Positions 11,532-25,307 are shown, numbered from the stretch's first letter. The stretch is 42,582 nt of DNA from Neoconidiobolus thromboides FSU 785 (GCA_025603075.1 MU626426.1:1-42582), one strand, 5' to 3'. Notes: generated from the letters alone by a model not told the origin. Program-made: numbers and translations.

Positions 11532-14500
11532 TCATTGATCCAAATTCATTTTCGTTGGAGACATCATCTGAGTAATTGGAATTGGTTTCATTGTTGGAGT
11601 TGTGTTGAAAAAGGGTACTAATACTTTAATAGCTTCTAATATCTATGAATTATAATTAATAAACTATTCATATAATAACAACAACAACATAATAACAAAC
11701 TAAAAAAAACTTACTCTTTGGCCTAAAGAATTTAAATTAGGATGATATAAAATTACTGGTGGATCAAATTCAATCATAAATAAAGCTTTAATAATTTTAG
11801 ATATCTTTTCCGCATCTTTTAAAGAAATTTCGGAATTTGCAAACAAATTATCAATCTCACTCATATCCTCATCATTTTGAATGTTTAAACATCGCTTCAA
11901 ATAGGGTAATAAAATAGTTAGCACTTCCTCCAAATTATTCACCTTATTATTTTTTTGACTAACAAAAATTTCAAACGGCCTTGAAATGGCGGCCACTTTA
12001 TGACCAAAGCCGGAATGTAATCGAAATTCATATGTACCAGGTTCCCAAAATAATCGATCCTGTTCAAATTTTAATACAACAGTTCTCCAATTCCCTTTTC
12101 TATCTCCAAGCTCTTCCTTACTCACTGGTAATATACTTTCATAATATTTCTCCTCTTCTGGAAGACGTTGGATATCATTTAAATTAATGTCATTTTCTAC
12201 ATCCGAATCTATTTCAACTCCTGAACTTTCAGATACGGTTAAATCATTGTTAAAATTATTTTTGGGAGGTAAATGAGTATATAAATATCTTCCTTTCGAC
12301 GATATGGTTGTTAATGTTTTGGACGGATTACTTATCACTTTATATAGTCCTACCCAATCATATTTATGTTTTCCATTATAAGGTACTAATAATCCTAATT
12401 TAATACATTCTCCTAATTCATATTTTGCTGGTATAAACTCATTTTTTCCTATAAAATTTAATAACTCAATTTTATATTCACCAATGTTACTTGATTCATT
12501 ATGATTTAAATCTAATAATAATCGTTCTCTGGTTTCAGCTAATTTTAATTTCGATTGATTCAATATAGAATTAGTATCTAATATTAATTCTTTTAAATGT
12601 GGTTTTGTTTTTTCCATTAAGCCACCTAAGGTTTCTTTAGTTTCAACAATTGACTGTTGAACTCCTTTTTCTAATTTATCAATTAAGCCTTCGGTAAATT
12701 CAATAGAAGATAAAGCTAAGGATAAATTTTTATGATGTTTTAAATTGCTTTTTAAGCTTTTAGCAACTCCTTTAACTGTTTTTGTTACTCCAGCTTCTTT
12801 CCTTAATTGTCCTTTGTATAATTTACTCATATGAGGTAATTCCACAAGATAATAAAATAATAAATAACATGAATGAGATAAGATAGCTAACAAAAATATC
12901 ATACTTGAATTACTAATAAGAGCAATTCCATATAATGCTGAATGACCCAATATTTTCTCTGGATTATTTAGATATCGATAAATACCTGTATAATTTAATT
13001 TGTTTTGATATTGATCTATAAAAAAATCCCCATAGAACCAGCCAAATTCTTTTAATGTCTCATAAACTGAAGTAGAAGTCCATGCATGGAGAATTATTAA
13101 TAACAAACCAAAAGTATGTCTTAAAGTAAATGAATTATTAAAAAATCCATTTTCATAGGAATAAAAAGCAATTGCTGACAATATAAATGAAAAATAAGTC
13201 ATAAAGGAAGATAAATTATAAATAGATTTCCATTCATTAAAGGCATCCATCCCTGTTTTACCAATTTTTATGAAATGTCGAGTCCATTTTTTGTTGGAAC
13301 TTTGGGATCCTAATATGATAATACCTAAACCAATAGAATGAAACAACCGCCATATAATTGAATGAATTAAACTTAAATATTTAATACTTTGATTGATATT
13401 TAAATTAATAGATTGAAATAATATTAATATCAAAAATAAGCTTCCATAAAATACAATAATTAAACTAAATAAATCACTTGATTTAAATAAATCAAAATTA
13501 TTAAATAACATTCTCTGTTTACTTTGCTGTAATTCATATATATTCTTTTTTGGTATGATAATATTCTTAATATTCTTATTATCCTTATTATCCTTATTAT
13601 TTTCTTCCTTAATCTTAACATTGTCTTCTTCTACTTCATCTCCACCATAAATTTTATCAATATGTGGGTTTTCTACTAATACTAAGAATATAAATTGTAA
13701 AGAATGAGCCAATAAAGAAACATAAAATACAGTGGGACTAGCCATCAAAAGAGAAATACCATAATATCCTGCATAACCTAAAGAGTACATAGGATGTGGA
13801 GCTAATTCAAATACGCCATCAAATGTCAATTTTTGATCAATTAAAAAAAAGAAATCCCCCCAATACCAAGCAAAATCTTTAACTACTCTATGAGCATCTA
13901 GTTTTACTACTAAATTAAATACAATCAAAAAGAATGCTGCTAAATATCTTAAACAATTCTCCCATAACTTCCAATCATATCGTGGATTAAAATGAGATAA
14001 TGAGAATATCAAATAAACTGTAAAATCATTCACTAAGATTAAATCAACTAATTTACGAAATAACAGCCATGAATTAAATTCAATAGGCATTGTATGATAG
14101 TTATAATCATTACTCATATCTATTTCTAATTGAGTTTTAATCCATTTACCTACTTTATTGTTCTCATCTAACCACCCTAATTTTAAAAATAACTTTGTTA
14201 AATAACTTTGATTTGATTGGCGATATAGTAAATAGCCTAAAAAGCCATTATAAGCTAATCGCCAAAATAAAAATAATATTAAAAATAATGTAGAGGCATA
14301 GTTGCTAGGGATAATAAAATATAACAAGATGTTAGTCCCAAGGATAAGTAAAGTAATTAGACTTGGTAATGAAATCTTAGTTTTAAAGGAGAATAAAGTA
14401 CTCATCATATCCTTAGTTTTGGGTACTAAAAATACTAGAAGAAAAGAAAGTTATTAAATATTTACTATAGTTAAAATATATCCTTGAAATTACCTTTTCC

Positions 14501-14578
14501 ATTACTTGTTTTACCATATAAAGTAGAATCATTTGTATTATTATTATTATTATCTTTTGAACTACTAGGGTCGTTCAT
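11532..14578 (-). CDS. CHO2: Phosphatidylethanolamine N-methyltransferase Cho2/Pem1, ~971 aa; exons 14578-14494, 14434-11715, 11642-11532
   Basis: YGKTSNGKVFLVPKTKDM N-terminus; DAHRVVKDFAWYWGDFFF, FDGVFELAPHPMYSLGY, FGWFYGDFF, YTGIYRYLNNPE. Two GT-AG introns restore both termini in frame. Confidence 0.95.
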
Positions 14579-15162
14579 CTTTTTTAAATATTTAATTGTA
14601 ATTAAAACAATAAAAGGAATTTAATTGAGTTTAAATTTTTAACGGTATTTATATTATTTCCACTTTCTATTTTTTTACTCCATATTTTTTAAACTTAACT
14701 TAAATAATCATTTCTATTCTCTCTAAATTTTTATTATTATAAATTAATGAATTTTATGACGTTTCAATTTTTTAGATTCTTCCTTTAATTTTCTTTAAAA
14801 AGATTTAAACCTAAATTGATTTGTTAATTTAATATAATAAAATTAAGGTTGATTTGAAAATTACTTAATGACACAATAGCACTCTAAAATTTTAATATTC
14901 AAAATTAGTAACTTTGAAAATTAGTCAATTATGGACCAATCATATTTTTTACTTTGGCAATTATCATTAATAATAGAAAAATATTAAAGAATATAAAAAA
15001 CCATAACATAATAATAATATTAATAATAGCATTATTACATTTTCATTTTTATTCTAATCATACATAAATTAATAATATTATTATATTGATCATTTTAAAC
15101 TGACTTTCATTTATTTGATTTCAATCTCATCTTTAAATAGTCTAAATCTAATTTTCTACATA

Positions 15163-16672
15163 TTAAATATCTACCACTATAGGAGCAAATTCACCATCTT
15201 CATCTTCATCTTCATTTTCAATTAAATCTTCTAGTTTAATTTCCCAATCAAACTTTTGTTTTAAAATAGTTTGTATTTTATTTATACGTAGATTCAATTG
15301 ATTTTTAACTACTTCCGAATAGTATGTTTTTTCTAATATATTTTTAATTAGGGTCTAAATACAAAAAAGAAAATTGATGTTATTAAACTATTAATGTTAT
15401 AAATTAAATGATATTTACCTTTAATGAAATGCCTAAAAAATTATTCTCCAATATAATATCATGAAAAAAATCTTGTGGACATTCGAGTAATTGGAAATAT
15501 AATATTTCTAAATAAAAAATATTATATTAATCTTTAATTGCTCATTCTAATAAAACAATATACTTACCCAAAAAATGAATAAATAAATTAGGTGATTGAT
15601 TAATAGCTTCATTAGAATTCGATATTAATACAATTAATTTTTTCCATTGCTCTAAACCGATAAAATTTTGACCTAACAAAAAGACAATAAAACTCAATTC
15701 AATTTCCCCAAGTATGTTTTTATAATCTAATAAAAAAATAATTAATAAATAATTAATATTAACTTCAGTATTTAATATTTTATGATATTAATTTGTCATT
15801 TACCTAAATATTCATTCTCAATCAATTTCATCAATAAATAGCTTTTATCTAATGAATATTTTGTCAATTCACTTCCAAAACTACCTTCTGGAAACGACTT
15901 TTTTAAATCAAATTTAGTAAACTTTAAGGACCCATCAAACTCTTCAAAATTACTGTTTTCTTCTGTTGGTAAAAAACCGTCCATGAGACCATCATTTGGG
16001 GCTATTTTTTGAATTAATTCAGAGCTAACATATCGCGTTAATTGTTTCCATTTCTTATATACATCAGATTGAGTTATCGGATAAGTACCTAAATTGGGAT
16101 CAAAAGATTGAATATCTAAGAAAGTTAGTAAAATTAAATTATTAACTATAACTACTATAATTACTATATTTTATCCTATCATTAAGTTCAGGTTCTAATT
16201 CATTATCTTTATATACTTCTTCATTATATTCATTCCATTTTTTGACTATTATCTAAAAATTAAAGTTATTATAAAATTATTCAATATTATTAATTATTCA
16301 ATTTACCCACCTGTTCCTTTTTAAAATAATGAAAAAATCCATTTCGAATACCAGTATGACCTGTTTTATCCACAATACTAAGAAAAAAAATCAATATGAG
16401 TAAACTAATCTTATCATTTATTGTTTCCTCCTATTTATATCTTCGTCTTTTATCCACTTCATTTCTACTTACCTATAATAAATAAAATGAATCCCTGGAG
16501 GTATAAATTTTAAACCCATAAATTTGGGACCAACAATCCAGTTTGAAAAATCAATGCCAAATTCAAAATCTTTGGGACAGTTTAAAAATACTAATTTGCC
16601 TCCTTGTTGAAAATAATGTTTGGCGGTCGCATTATCAAATTCTAAATTTGTCGTATTGTATGTTGGCTCCAT
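15163..16672 (-). CDS. AAR2: U5 snRNP assembly factor Aar2 (multi-exon)
   Basis: GIDFSNWIVGPKFMGLKFIPPGIHFIYY N-terminal signature; later exons include LGTYP and FGSELTKYSLDKSY, ending in acidic EDEDEDGEFAPIVVDI*. Internal exon borders were only partly resolved. Confidence 0.88.
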
Positions 16673-17110
16673 TATTGAAAAGAAGAGACAAAGGGAAAGT
16701 GAATTTTAATGTTTTTCCTGCAATTATGAAATGATGGAGTGGCTATGATTGGTAGAGAAAATTTAGCATTTTTTTGAAAAATAGTTAAAGTAGATTATAT
16801 TTGAAAAAATAAAAAATAAAAAATAAAAAAATAAAATTACAACGATATAAAACTCAAGTAAAACTTAAAAAATAATTAATTATAACATATATTTTATTAT
16901 CAAACTGATTAAATTGTTTATAAACCTAGCTCGTTAATAATTTAAAATAAACTTCAATTTTTACTATATTCTATCAGTTCATATTATCAATTACAAAGAA
17001 CAATCTAATTCTATCAACTCCTTATCATTTAAATCCTTAGGATAAATCCTAACTAACTTAATTATCAATCACATAAAATTTCCAATCTGTAAACCAAAAA
17101 AGATTCCATT

Positions 17111-17647
17111 TTATTTTCCCCCAACTTTAGCTTGAGGTACGAGTACACGAGGAAGATATTGAAGTACTAAACCCATAACAGAAAACCTAAAATAAATTCA
17201 TTCCTCATTAGTCACCATGATAATCAATAAATACATTCAATAAGTACTTACATAATTGTAGTCCAAGAAGCTCTTTTATCAGAAGTAGAAGTCAATGCTT
17301 TATCATTCGTTAATGAAGCTATAGAAGAAAATAATGCTAACCAGCCAAACCATGGATTCTGTAAATGAGATAATAATAATAAATGGATAAGTACCGCAAT
17401 ATTCAATCTATTTTTCTATAAAATTTACCTTTAATATCAATGCGGCCATAGCTATAAGTTCAATAGATAAAGGTTAAGAATCAATGGATTAATATTTGTC
17501 ATTTTTATTAAATAATAAATCTTTCAACTTACTCAATATTGTCGATGCTGTTTGGAAAGTAACTGCTTCATCTGATTCAACTAACATGTGTTTAGGTATA
17601 TGGAAGGGCACGATGACCGGTTGATTACGACTTGTTTCTTTAACCAT
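17111..17647 (-). CDS. Asterix/WDR83OS-like (UPF0139, PAT complex subunit) small membrane protein, 106 aa; exons 17647-17533, 17451-17429, 17358-17252, 17186-17111
   Basis: Four exons with canonical GT-AG junctions join in frame: MVKETSRNQPVIVPFHIP..STILTMAALILKNPWFGWLALFSSIASL..TTIMFSVMGLVLQYLPRVLVP. Size and TM pattern match the family from memory. Absent from the ORF track. Confidence 0.7.
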
Positions 17648-17942
17648 TTTTTATTTTAGATTGAAAATTTAAAAGTCAACTTTAAAAAAATTTGTGTTTG
17701 AATTCAAGTGGAGTTTTCGTGCTACTTTTTAATTGGAACTGAATTCTTCACTTTAAAAATAAAAATGAGGTGATAAAAATTTAAACTACATTAAAAAAGA
17801 GATTTGAGTACTAATAATAAGTACAAGAAATAAAAACTATTAGCTATAAAAAAACAAAACGACAAAAAACTAACATTTTAACTATGAAATCAAAAATCCA
17901 CAAAGCCTAGTAAAAAAATCAATTTTATTCCAATTAAGCTTG

Positions 17943-18443
17943 TCAATCATCTTCTGCATCCGGAGGAGGGGAAATCCTACCACCAAAGGAGAAAAATAAT
18001 CGGTTCCAAAACTCATTAGATTTACCCTTATGTTCGAAACCAATATTTAATTCTAATTCACCAGTGACAATATCCTTATGAGTTTTTTTTTGTAATCGAT
18101 ACCATTGTCGATTCTTAAATGCTTCAAACTGTAATGGCATTCCAGTTTTATTATCAAATAGATCCTTCATATGGATAGTTATTTGTCCCATAAAATCACG
18201 AGTAATAAAATCAGCATCCCAACATACAATTTGTACAAATTGTGGGAAATTTTCATCTCGTAGATTGAATTCTAAAGTTTCTTGCCATACTGGATTGAGT
18301 GTTTTATTAATCGTTTTTGTTTGACTTTTTTTATTATTGACGCGAGCAATGACATAGGGGTCCGACAAGCCATTGCTATCTTTGGGCGCTAACCCACGTC
18401 CTTGAATTACTTGGATTTTTAAAATAACTTCTTCAGCTCCCAT
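17943..18443 (-). CDS. Stand-alone C2-domain protein, 166 aa (resembles the N-terminal C2 of Psd2-type proteins)
   Basis: GRGLAPKDSNGLSDPYV, KTLNPVW, CWDADFITRDFMG; the five canonical Ca2+-binding Asp positions appear present. Confidence 0.85.
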   Translation of the reverse strand: MGAEEVILKIQVIQGRGLAPKDSNGLSDPYVIARVNNKKSQTKTINKTLNPVWQETLEFNLRDENFPQFVQIVCWDADFITRDFMGQITIHMKDLFDNKTGMPLQFEAFKNRQWYRLQKKTHKDIVTGELELNIGFEHKGKSNEFWNRLFFSFGGRISPPPDAEDD

Positions 18444-19318
18444 CCTTATTGAGTTGCGTTTTTAATGATTAAAAAATGTGGAAATTTTTTAAGCTAGAAG
18501 TTTAATGTCATCTTATTTTTTAAATCATCATCTTTTAGTCTTAAGAAGCTTGCAAGTTTTAATCAATTCAGCTAATCATTCAACTTAAAGTAGTTTTTTT
18601 TGAGAATAGAGCCAATGGACAGATCCTTTGCATTCTTTTTTGGGACTAAATTGAAGTTTTATGGAGAAAAATAGATTATATATTTTTAGATAAAACTACA
18701 TCATCAAATCTTCAATTTGAATACTTTATTGGTGGCTATTTTAAGGAGAAAATATAAGATTCTTAAAGTATTAGAATAAAATAAGGGAGTTATTGATTTA
18801 TATGAAAGTTAAAAAGGACTATTGTGGATGTTTTTTGTTAATAAAGCTAGCTGTAGTGCTGTATTTTAGTACTTATTGTATAAATATTTAAACTGACCTT
18901 CTCTCCGAATTATAACTGTCTTACCAACTTTGATATTTGATTTAGTAACAATTAAGTAAAAGTACTGTATCTTCAATTATTTATATTATAAATTTTATTT
19001 TTTATTATAAGAAATACCGTTGATTCTAACTTTTGACATAAGAATTATTTGATTCTGTTTAGGTAGGTTTAAGCTTGATTAGAATTTAAAAACTATTGAA
19101 ACTAGGCAAAAAAGCATTCCAACATGGGTTTATTTTAAAATTAAGCAAAATGCAGAAATTTTGATAGCACTTAATGCTTAATTTAAACCTAGTTTCTAAA
19201 CTAACTCATTTTATGAAGTTTAAAAGGGCAAAGTCCCCAGGATATTTATTTCTGTAAGTAAAAAAGATTCAAGTGTTAGCCTATAATATAAAATACTTGG
19301 GATATAGCTACATTACAA

Positions 19319-19389
19319 TGTCATTGGGGGGAATCGAACCCCCGCTATCGCGGCCACAACGCGGTGTACTACCACTATACTACAATGAC
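19319..19389 (-). tRNA. tRNA-His (GTG), intronless
   Basis: GTCATTG/CAATGAC acceptor stem, D arm GTAT..GTAC, anticodon loop TTGTGGC, T arm GGGGG-TTCGATT-CCCCC. One C-A mismatch at the top of the anticodon stem; G-1 is not encoded, as expected for eukaryotes. Confidence 0.93.
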
Positions 19390-19659
19390 TTACTGCTTAC
19401 TGAATTACTTCTTAAAACAATAAAACACTCATAAAAAACTGTTATAAAGAAATTTAAACTTGAAACTGGAACTTTTAACGTAAGATTAAGTTAAGCTACA
19501 CATTAAATTTCAAAAAATTCAAATACTAAAACTAAAATACATTAAATAATAAAAATAAAACAATAAAGAGCATAAAAAATTAATAATCTAGTATCAATAG
19601 CCATTAAATTAAAATAAATGTTCAAATTTATTAAATGATATTAAAAATAATTCAACCCA

Positions 19660-20694
19660 TTATGCTTGGATTTGAGTTTCAGTTGCATTACCCTTCTTAT
19701 TTTTATTCTTCTTCTTCTTTGAACTGGTGGATTTAACTTCTTCTGGCTTATTCTCGACTTCTTTCTTTACATCGCCTTCTGTTTTTTTTAATTTTTCACC
19801 ATCATTATTACTCTCTTGCTTTCCATTAGCTACAGCTTCTTTCTTTTGTTTCTTTTGCTTTTTATTTTCTACTTTTTCTACTTTTTCTTCTTCAACCTTT
19901 TCACCATTAGCATTTTCCTTTTGTTTATTAATATACTTATCTGATAGCTTATAAGCAGTTAGCTCTTTTTCATAAGCTTCTTTACCCTCCCTATATTTAG
20001 CATCATAAACTTCTTTTTCTTCTTTACTTAATCCACGCCATCCTTCTCCTAATAATCGTGTGATATCTTTAGCACCAATTTCTGGATTTGCTTTCATTAA
20101 CTCAGGTCTTTTTTCAATACAAAAAACAAAATAAGAGCTATTCGGTCTTTTTGGTGCATCAGGATCAACTTCAGCTCGGCCACGTTTGTTATTAGTATTA
20201 GTATTGTTATTATTTCCTTTTTTATTTTTTAATGGGGATTTTTTAGTATCAGTAGATGCTTGTGGTTCAACATTCTCTTCAACAGCAGATGTTTCTTCAG
20301 CTTTTTTCCCAGCAGCTTTGCCTTGTTTCTTTTTTGAAGCAGTTGTATTGGCTTCAGTTATATTCTTATCAGCTGATTGGGCTCCTTTTTTGGTTGGGGT
20401 ACCTTTTGGACCATTGGTTTTTGGGGTAGAGTTTTTAGCAGCGGCTACGTTCTTTGCAAGAATTTCATTTTGACCAACTTTGGCTTTGCCTGTTGATGGT
20501 TGGGGTTTAGTAGTTTCAGAGAAAGAGATACGGTTAAATAATTCAGAAAGGGCATTGGTCTTTTCTGAAATGACTTTGAAGTGTTCGGAAATCTAAAGAG
20601 GACAGAGTTAATTTTAATTTTTGTTTTTGTACAAATTGAAACTTACTAATTCCACATCTTTTTCGGTGATTTGTTGTTTTTGAGAAGTTGGCAT
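19660..20694 (-). CDS. Lys-rich single HMG-box protein (Hmo1/Nhp6-like), 326 aa; exons 20694-20647 and 20592-19660
   Basis: DPDAPKRPNSSYLFFCIEKRPELMKANPEIGAKDITRLLGEGWRGLSKEEKEVY HMG box; a 54-nt GT-AG intron restores the frame. Confidence 0.9.
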
Positions 20695-23006
20695 ATTTAT
20701 TTTTTTAAGTAAAAAATAGTAGAAAGAAATCAATTCTGGGTAGTTTTTGAAAATTAATATTTTATCCTGTGGGTTATTCCAACGGTTCTTTAAATTTATT
20801 ATTAAGGGCCAATAAATTTACGTTAAATTTTAGGCAAAAAATTTCAATTTTTTTTTGATCCTTGCCGTATGGGAGTATTAATTTAAAAAAGTAACAAATC
20901 AAAGTAAAAAATTAAAATCAAAGTTAAAGAGTAGTTTAACTTAGTCATATTAATAAAAAATAAGATCATTATTACTATTGACGTTATATTCATAGTACAA
21001 TAGCTTTATCTTAAAGTAAAATAGTGTTTACTTTCAAAAGATTTAATATACGAAATTCAAGTTTATAGTCTTACTTAACTGCTAATTACACCTAAAGATA
21101 AATTTGAAACTGCAGTTTTAAAGCAATTGAGTCTAAACCATGAGTTTTGTAAAAATAATTTTATCCACGATTTCTTACTGTTTTACCTTTGACCTAATTT
21201 ATACCTACGGTTTTACGCGTAAAATTTATCCTATTTTACACTTAATTTTTGTTGGAAAACTTTATTGAGCTTTCACCACTTAAATCAGACGCCAAACAGT
21301 CCAATTCTACCATCATCTGTGACTGGTTTTTTGTTTGTAGGTATTTAAAGATTAAATTTAAAAAAATATTTTACGTTGACTTTTGTATTCTTAAACAAAC
21401 TTTCACTTCCAAGCAGTCTGCTAATAAAGAAATAATAAGCCAAGAGATATGAAATAGGGCCAAGGGACAAAGGCTTCGCGACCACTTATATTGTTATTTA
21501 ATAGGACAGTAATAAATTTGAATTCATCTTTCCACCTCATTTTCTATTAATGTGAATAGATTGGGGCGTAGTGTGCGAATAATTTTATATTGATTTAATA
21601 GAAAATTTCTTGGAGTTTGAATTATTTCTGAATAGAAATTATGAAGAATTTTAAGCTACAGAAAATATTCAACTTATTTTTACGCACATTATTTTCTATA
21701 ATTAATTTGTTTATCCTACAGCAGTATAAAAAAAATACACAATATATAACAGTTATTGCAACTCTTTTGAGACTCAATTAGTTGCCCATTTAGAAAAAAG
21801 TTAATTTTGATTAAATATGAACACCAGGTTTTGAAAAAGTTAAGCATAAAAACTCGATTATAAATACTACCACTAAAAAAGCCACAAAAGAGTTGTAATA
21901 GCTTCAACTGAACTTATTTGCTTATCCTGTTTGTTCTGATTAATTATTGACTATAAGAGATTTAATGATTTAAATTAGGGTAAAGTTAAAGAAAAGAGAT
22001 CAAAAATTCTAATTATTTGCAGATTACTAATTGGAATTTTCATTAAACATTTGATAAACTTAAAAAAACTAGTATAAAAAACGAGAACTTGACTATTATA
22101 ACGTCTAACTAAAAGCAATTGAAATCAAATATCGATGAGAGTTATCATCAGCTCATATTTTATTTAAAATAGTAATAAAGTAATAATAATATAAATACAG
22201 ATAATAGTGTTCCATTTAAGTAAGCATTAAATTTATTTTTAATTCCATTTTTAATCAAAGAAATGAATCTAAAAATGTGGATACTTTTTGAATCTAATTT
22301 TAAATTTTTAAGAAGGGTTTAAAACATTATTTAGCTTGATAAAATTGATAATTTTTTTTCAAAATAAAAATTGCTATATATTATTTAATATAAATATGTA
22401 AATAAAAAAAATGGTAATATATATTATATTATGTGAAATGCTTTATTTTATATAAATTTGAATCGAAGAATAATGTCTAGAATCATTTGTAAAAGCTAAA
22501 TAAAGTCCAATTCAAACTATTAATAAGTAATAAATAGATAACATGGCTAACCAGTTTGAAATATAATTGGATTATAGCTTTATAGCTCCTTTGATTGGTT
22601 CTGTTTTTTAGCTTAGCTTTGGGCATAAACAAATTAAAAAGCTTTTGGGTATAATTAGGTTGAGGCTATATTGGTAGAATGGCCTGATTAGGAAGCATTA
22701 TTTTAATTGAGCCAATTAACGTTATGGCTTTTATAAGCCTGATTTAATTTACTATTGTAAACCAATCATGATTTGTATAAATACGTATTAAAATAGGTTA
22801 TTTGCTAATAAAATCAATATAAGAAAATGGAGCTTGAAACCATAAATGAATTGTTATGTTGATTGTTAAAACTAAAAGGTAGAAAGTATTAATAAATAAT
22901 AATCAATAGTTTAAATAATTTTAGTAGATAAATTAAAATATATTAATAAATAGAAGACAGTCATTGTTTATTAATTGCCAGTTTTTCAATTATTTCAGTT
23001 TCGAGC

Positions 23007-25307
23007 ATGTCAGTGGATGAGTTAGGCCACAAATTACATTACAAAGGATTCGAGCATATTAACCAATCAATTAATCAAAATAATATATTATCTGAGAAGA
23101 TGTCTTCCAATTATGGATACAACATAAATAATAATACATATAATAATATAAAGAATAATATCCTTCCATATGCTAGGGAAAATACGTTTAAACGTTCACT
23201 TGGTAGTCCACCAAAATATTATCCAATTCCATTGAACCCAACAGAAAACCATACTAGTCTATCGCATATTTTAAATCAAAATAGTCCACAAGTAGATCAA
23301 TTTAATCAAAATACTCTAAAAGAGAAAGCCCATAGATTAACTGGAATTCATCAACTTAACCTCCCTGATAATGCCCCTCAAGCGTCTTATAAAACTAATG
23401 AAAATTATAATTTACAATCAAAGGCACCCAAGTTGGAATATGGTACTAGTGTTAATACCCATCATTCACTAAATCAACTTCCACCGATCACAATAAATAG
23501 TTCAATGTATGAAATGAAAGATAGAACTAATGGAACACAACGTTATTCTGCTTATCAAAGTGGACCTATTCAAAGTACATCGAACTATTATCAACCACCA
23601 ACATTTGCACCAAGACTTGAGAGAGAGTTGTATCAACCACCGAAATTTACAAATACGATAAGCTATACGCAACCAGAGTCAAATTACAATTATCAAGGTA
23701 ACTTACAAATCCCAAGTTATTGTAATACGAATCATTACCCTTATCAGTCTCATCTATCTATAACACCATTTGATAATGGTATTCAAGTACCAAACCAATC
23801 TCCGCTTAGCGGTTATGCCCAGTTAACACATCCAAATACTTTAAATCATAATGCATTAAAAGGATTAATGATTCCACCTATCCATCCTGTTGATGATAGT
23901 ACTTATAGTTTACCTAATTTAGCTGATAGCTTCCCTATCGATAATGAAGTGATTGCTTATGATGATAAAGATGGTCATTTAGTTATTCAGCCAGACCTTT
24001 ATATTACAGAAAGATGTAAACATAATTTAGTCATATATGATTTATAAGCTAATATAACATTTTTAGACAAAGTTGAAAGTTTGTTAGGACAGGGTACATT
24101 TGGACGCGTAGCCAAATGCTGGGATAAACGAGCATTGAGATATGTAGCAGTAAAAGTAATTAGAGCCATACCTAAATATAGGGAAGCAGCTAAGATTGAA
24201 ATGCGCGTATTATCTACGCTGAAGAAACATGACCCATTAAATTTGAACAAATGTATTCATATGGAAAATGACTTTGAATTTAACAATCATATGTGTATGT
24301 CATTCGATCTTATGGGACCTTCATTATTTGATTTTTTAAAATCCAATCAGTTTCAAGGCTTTCCTTTCCCACATGTTCAACATTTTGCTCGTCAATTGTT
24401 GAACTCAATTTCTTGTAAGACTGCTTGTTGTTTTATATAGGGTTTATATTAATTATCATATTTAGTTGTTCATAATTTGGGTTTAGTTCACACTGATTTA
24501 AAACCTGAAAATATTTTATTGCTAAATGGAAGCTACGATGAAGTAAAGGTAAGTTTATAAATTAAAAGCATAATAATAATAATATTTAACTTATTATTTT
24601 ATAGAGAAAAGGTTCTAAAGTGAAACACATATTAAAAAGTACTGAGATCAAATTGATTGATTTTGGATCTGCTACCTTTGAAGATGAATTTCATTCTTCT
24701 ATTGTATCGACAAGGCATTACCGTGCACCAGAAATAATATTAGGTATGGGATGGTCTTATCCTTGTGACCTTTGGTCTGTTGGTTGTATTTTAATTGAAT
24801 TAATAACGGGGGATGCCATGTTTCAAACACATGAAAATCTAGAACATTTAGCAATGATGGCACGTGCTTTAGGACCATTACCTAAAGTAATGTATGAGAG
24901 AGCAAGGTAACAAATAAAACGATAAGGACAATAATGAGTAAATACTTAACTTTTTAGTAGTAAAACAGGGAAGGCCTATTTTAAATCATCTGCTGAACTT
25001 AACTATCCAAATGATGAGACCACTAAACAAAGCCTTAAAAACGTGAATGGAGTTAAAACTGTAGCGGTAAGATCAATATAAAATAGCATAAAGCAATAAA
25101 ATAATAGCTTCATTTTAGAAAATTGTCAACAGAAAGGGACTATTGGGAGATGCGTTGACAGATTTGATAACCAAATTATTGACATATGAACCAGAGGATA
25201 GGATAACGGCAGCTCAAGCTTTGGAACACCCCTTCTTTTCACTTCGACTTGGATTAGATGGGAGAATTAAGCATAAGAAAGGGTTGGATATGTCGAGTTC
25301 TAATTGA
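23007..25307 (+). CDS. KNS1: LAMMER/CLK dual-specificity kinase (Kns1/Lkh1-like); exons 23007-24015, 24067-24414, 24466-24548, 24605-24906, 24958(or 24961)-25066, 25119-25307
   Basis: [54 protein letters not shown] and EHLAMMAR motifs; long N/Q/P-rich N-terminus. Confidence 0.92.

Noticed and set aside
19727-20473. Plus-strand Phe/Ser-rich ORFs
   Set aside because: Antisense to the Lys/Glu-rich HMG gene
21525-21590. Small hairpin (TCTATT-AATGTG-AATAGA) and GC-richer patch as a possible ncRNA
   Set aside because: Short AT-rich stem expected by chance; no box or promoter motifs
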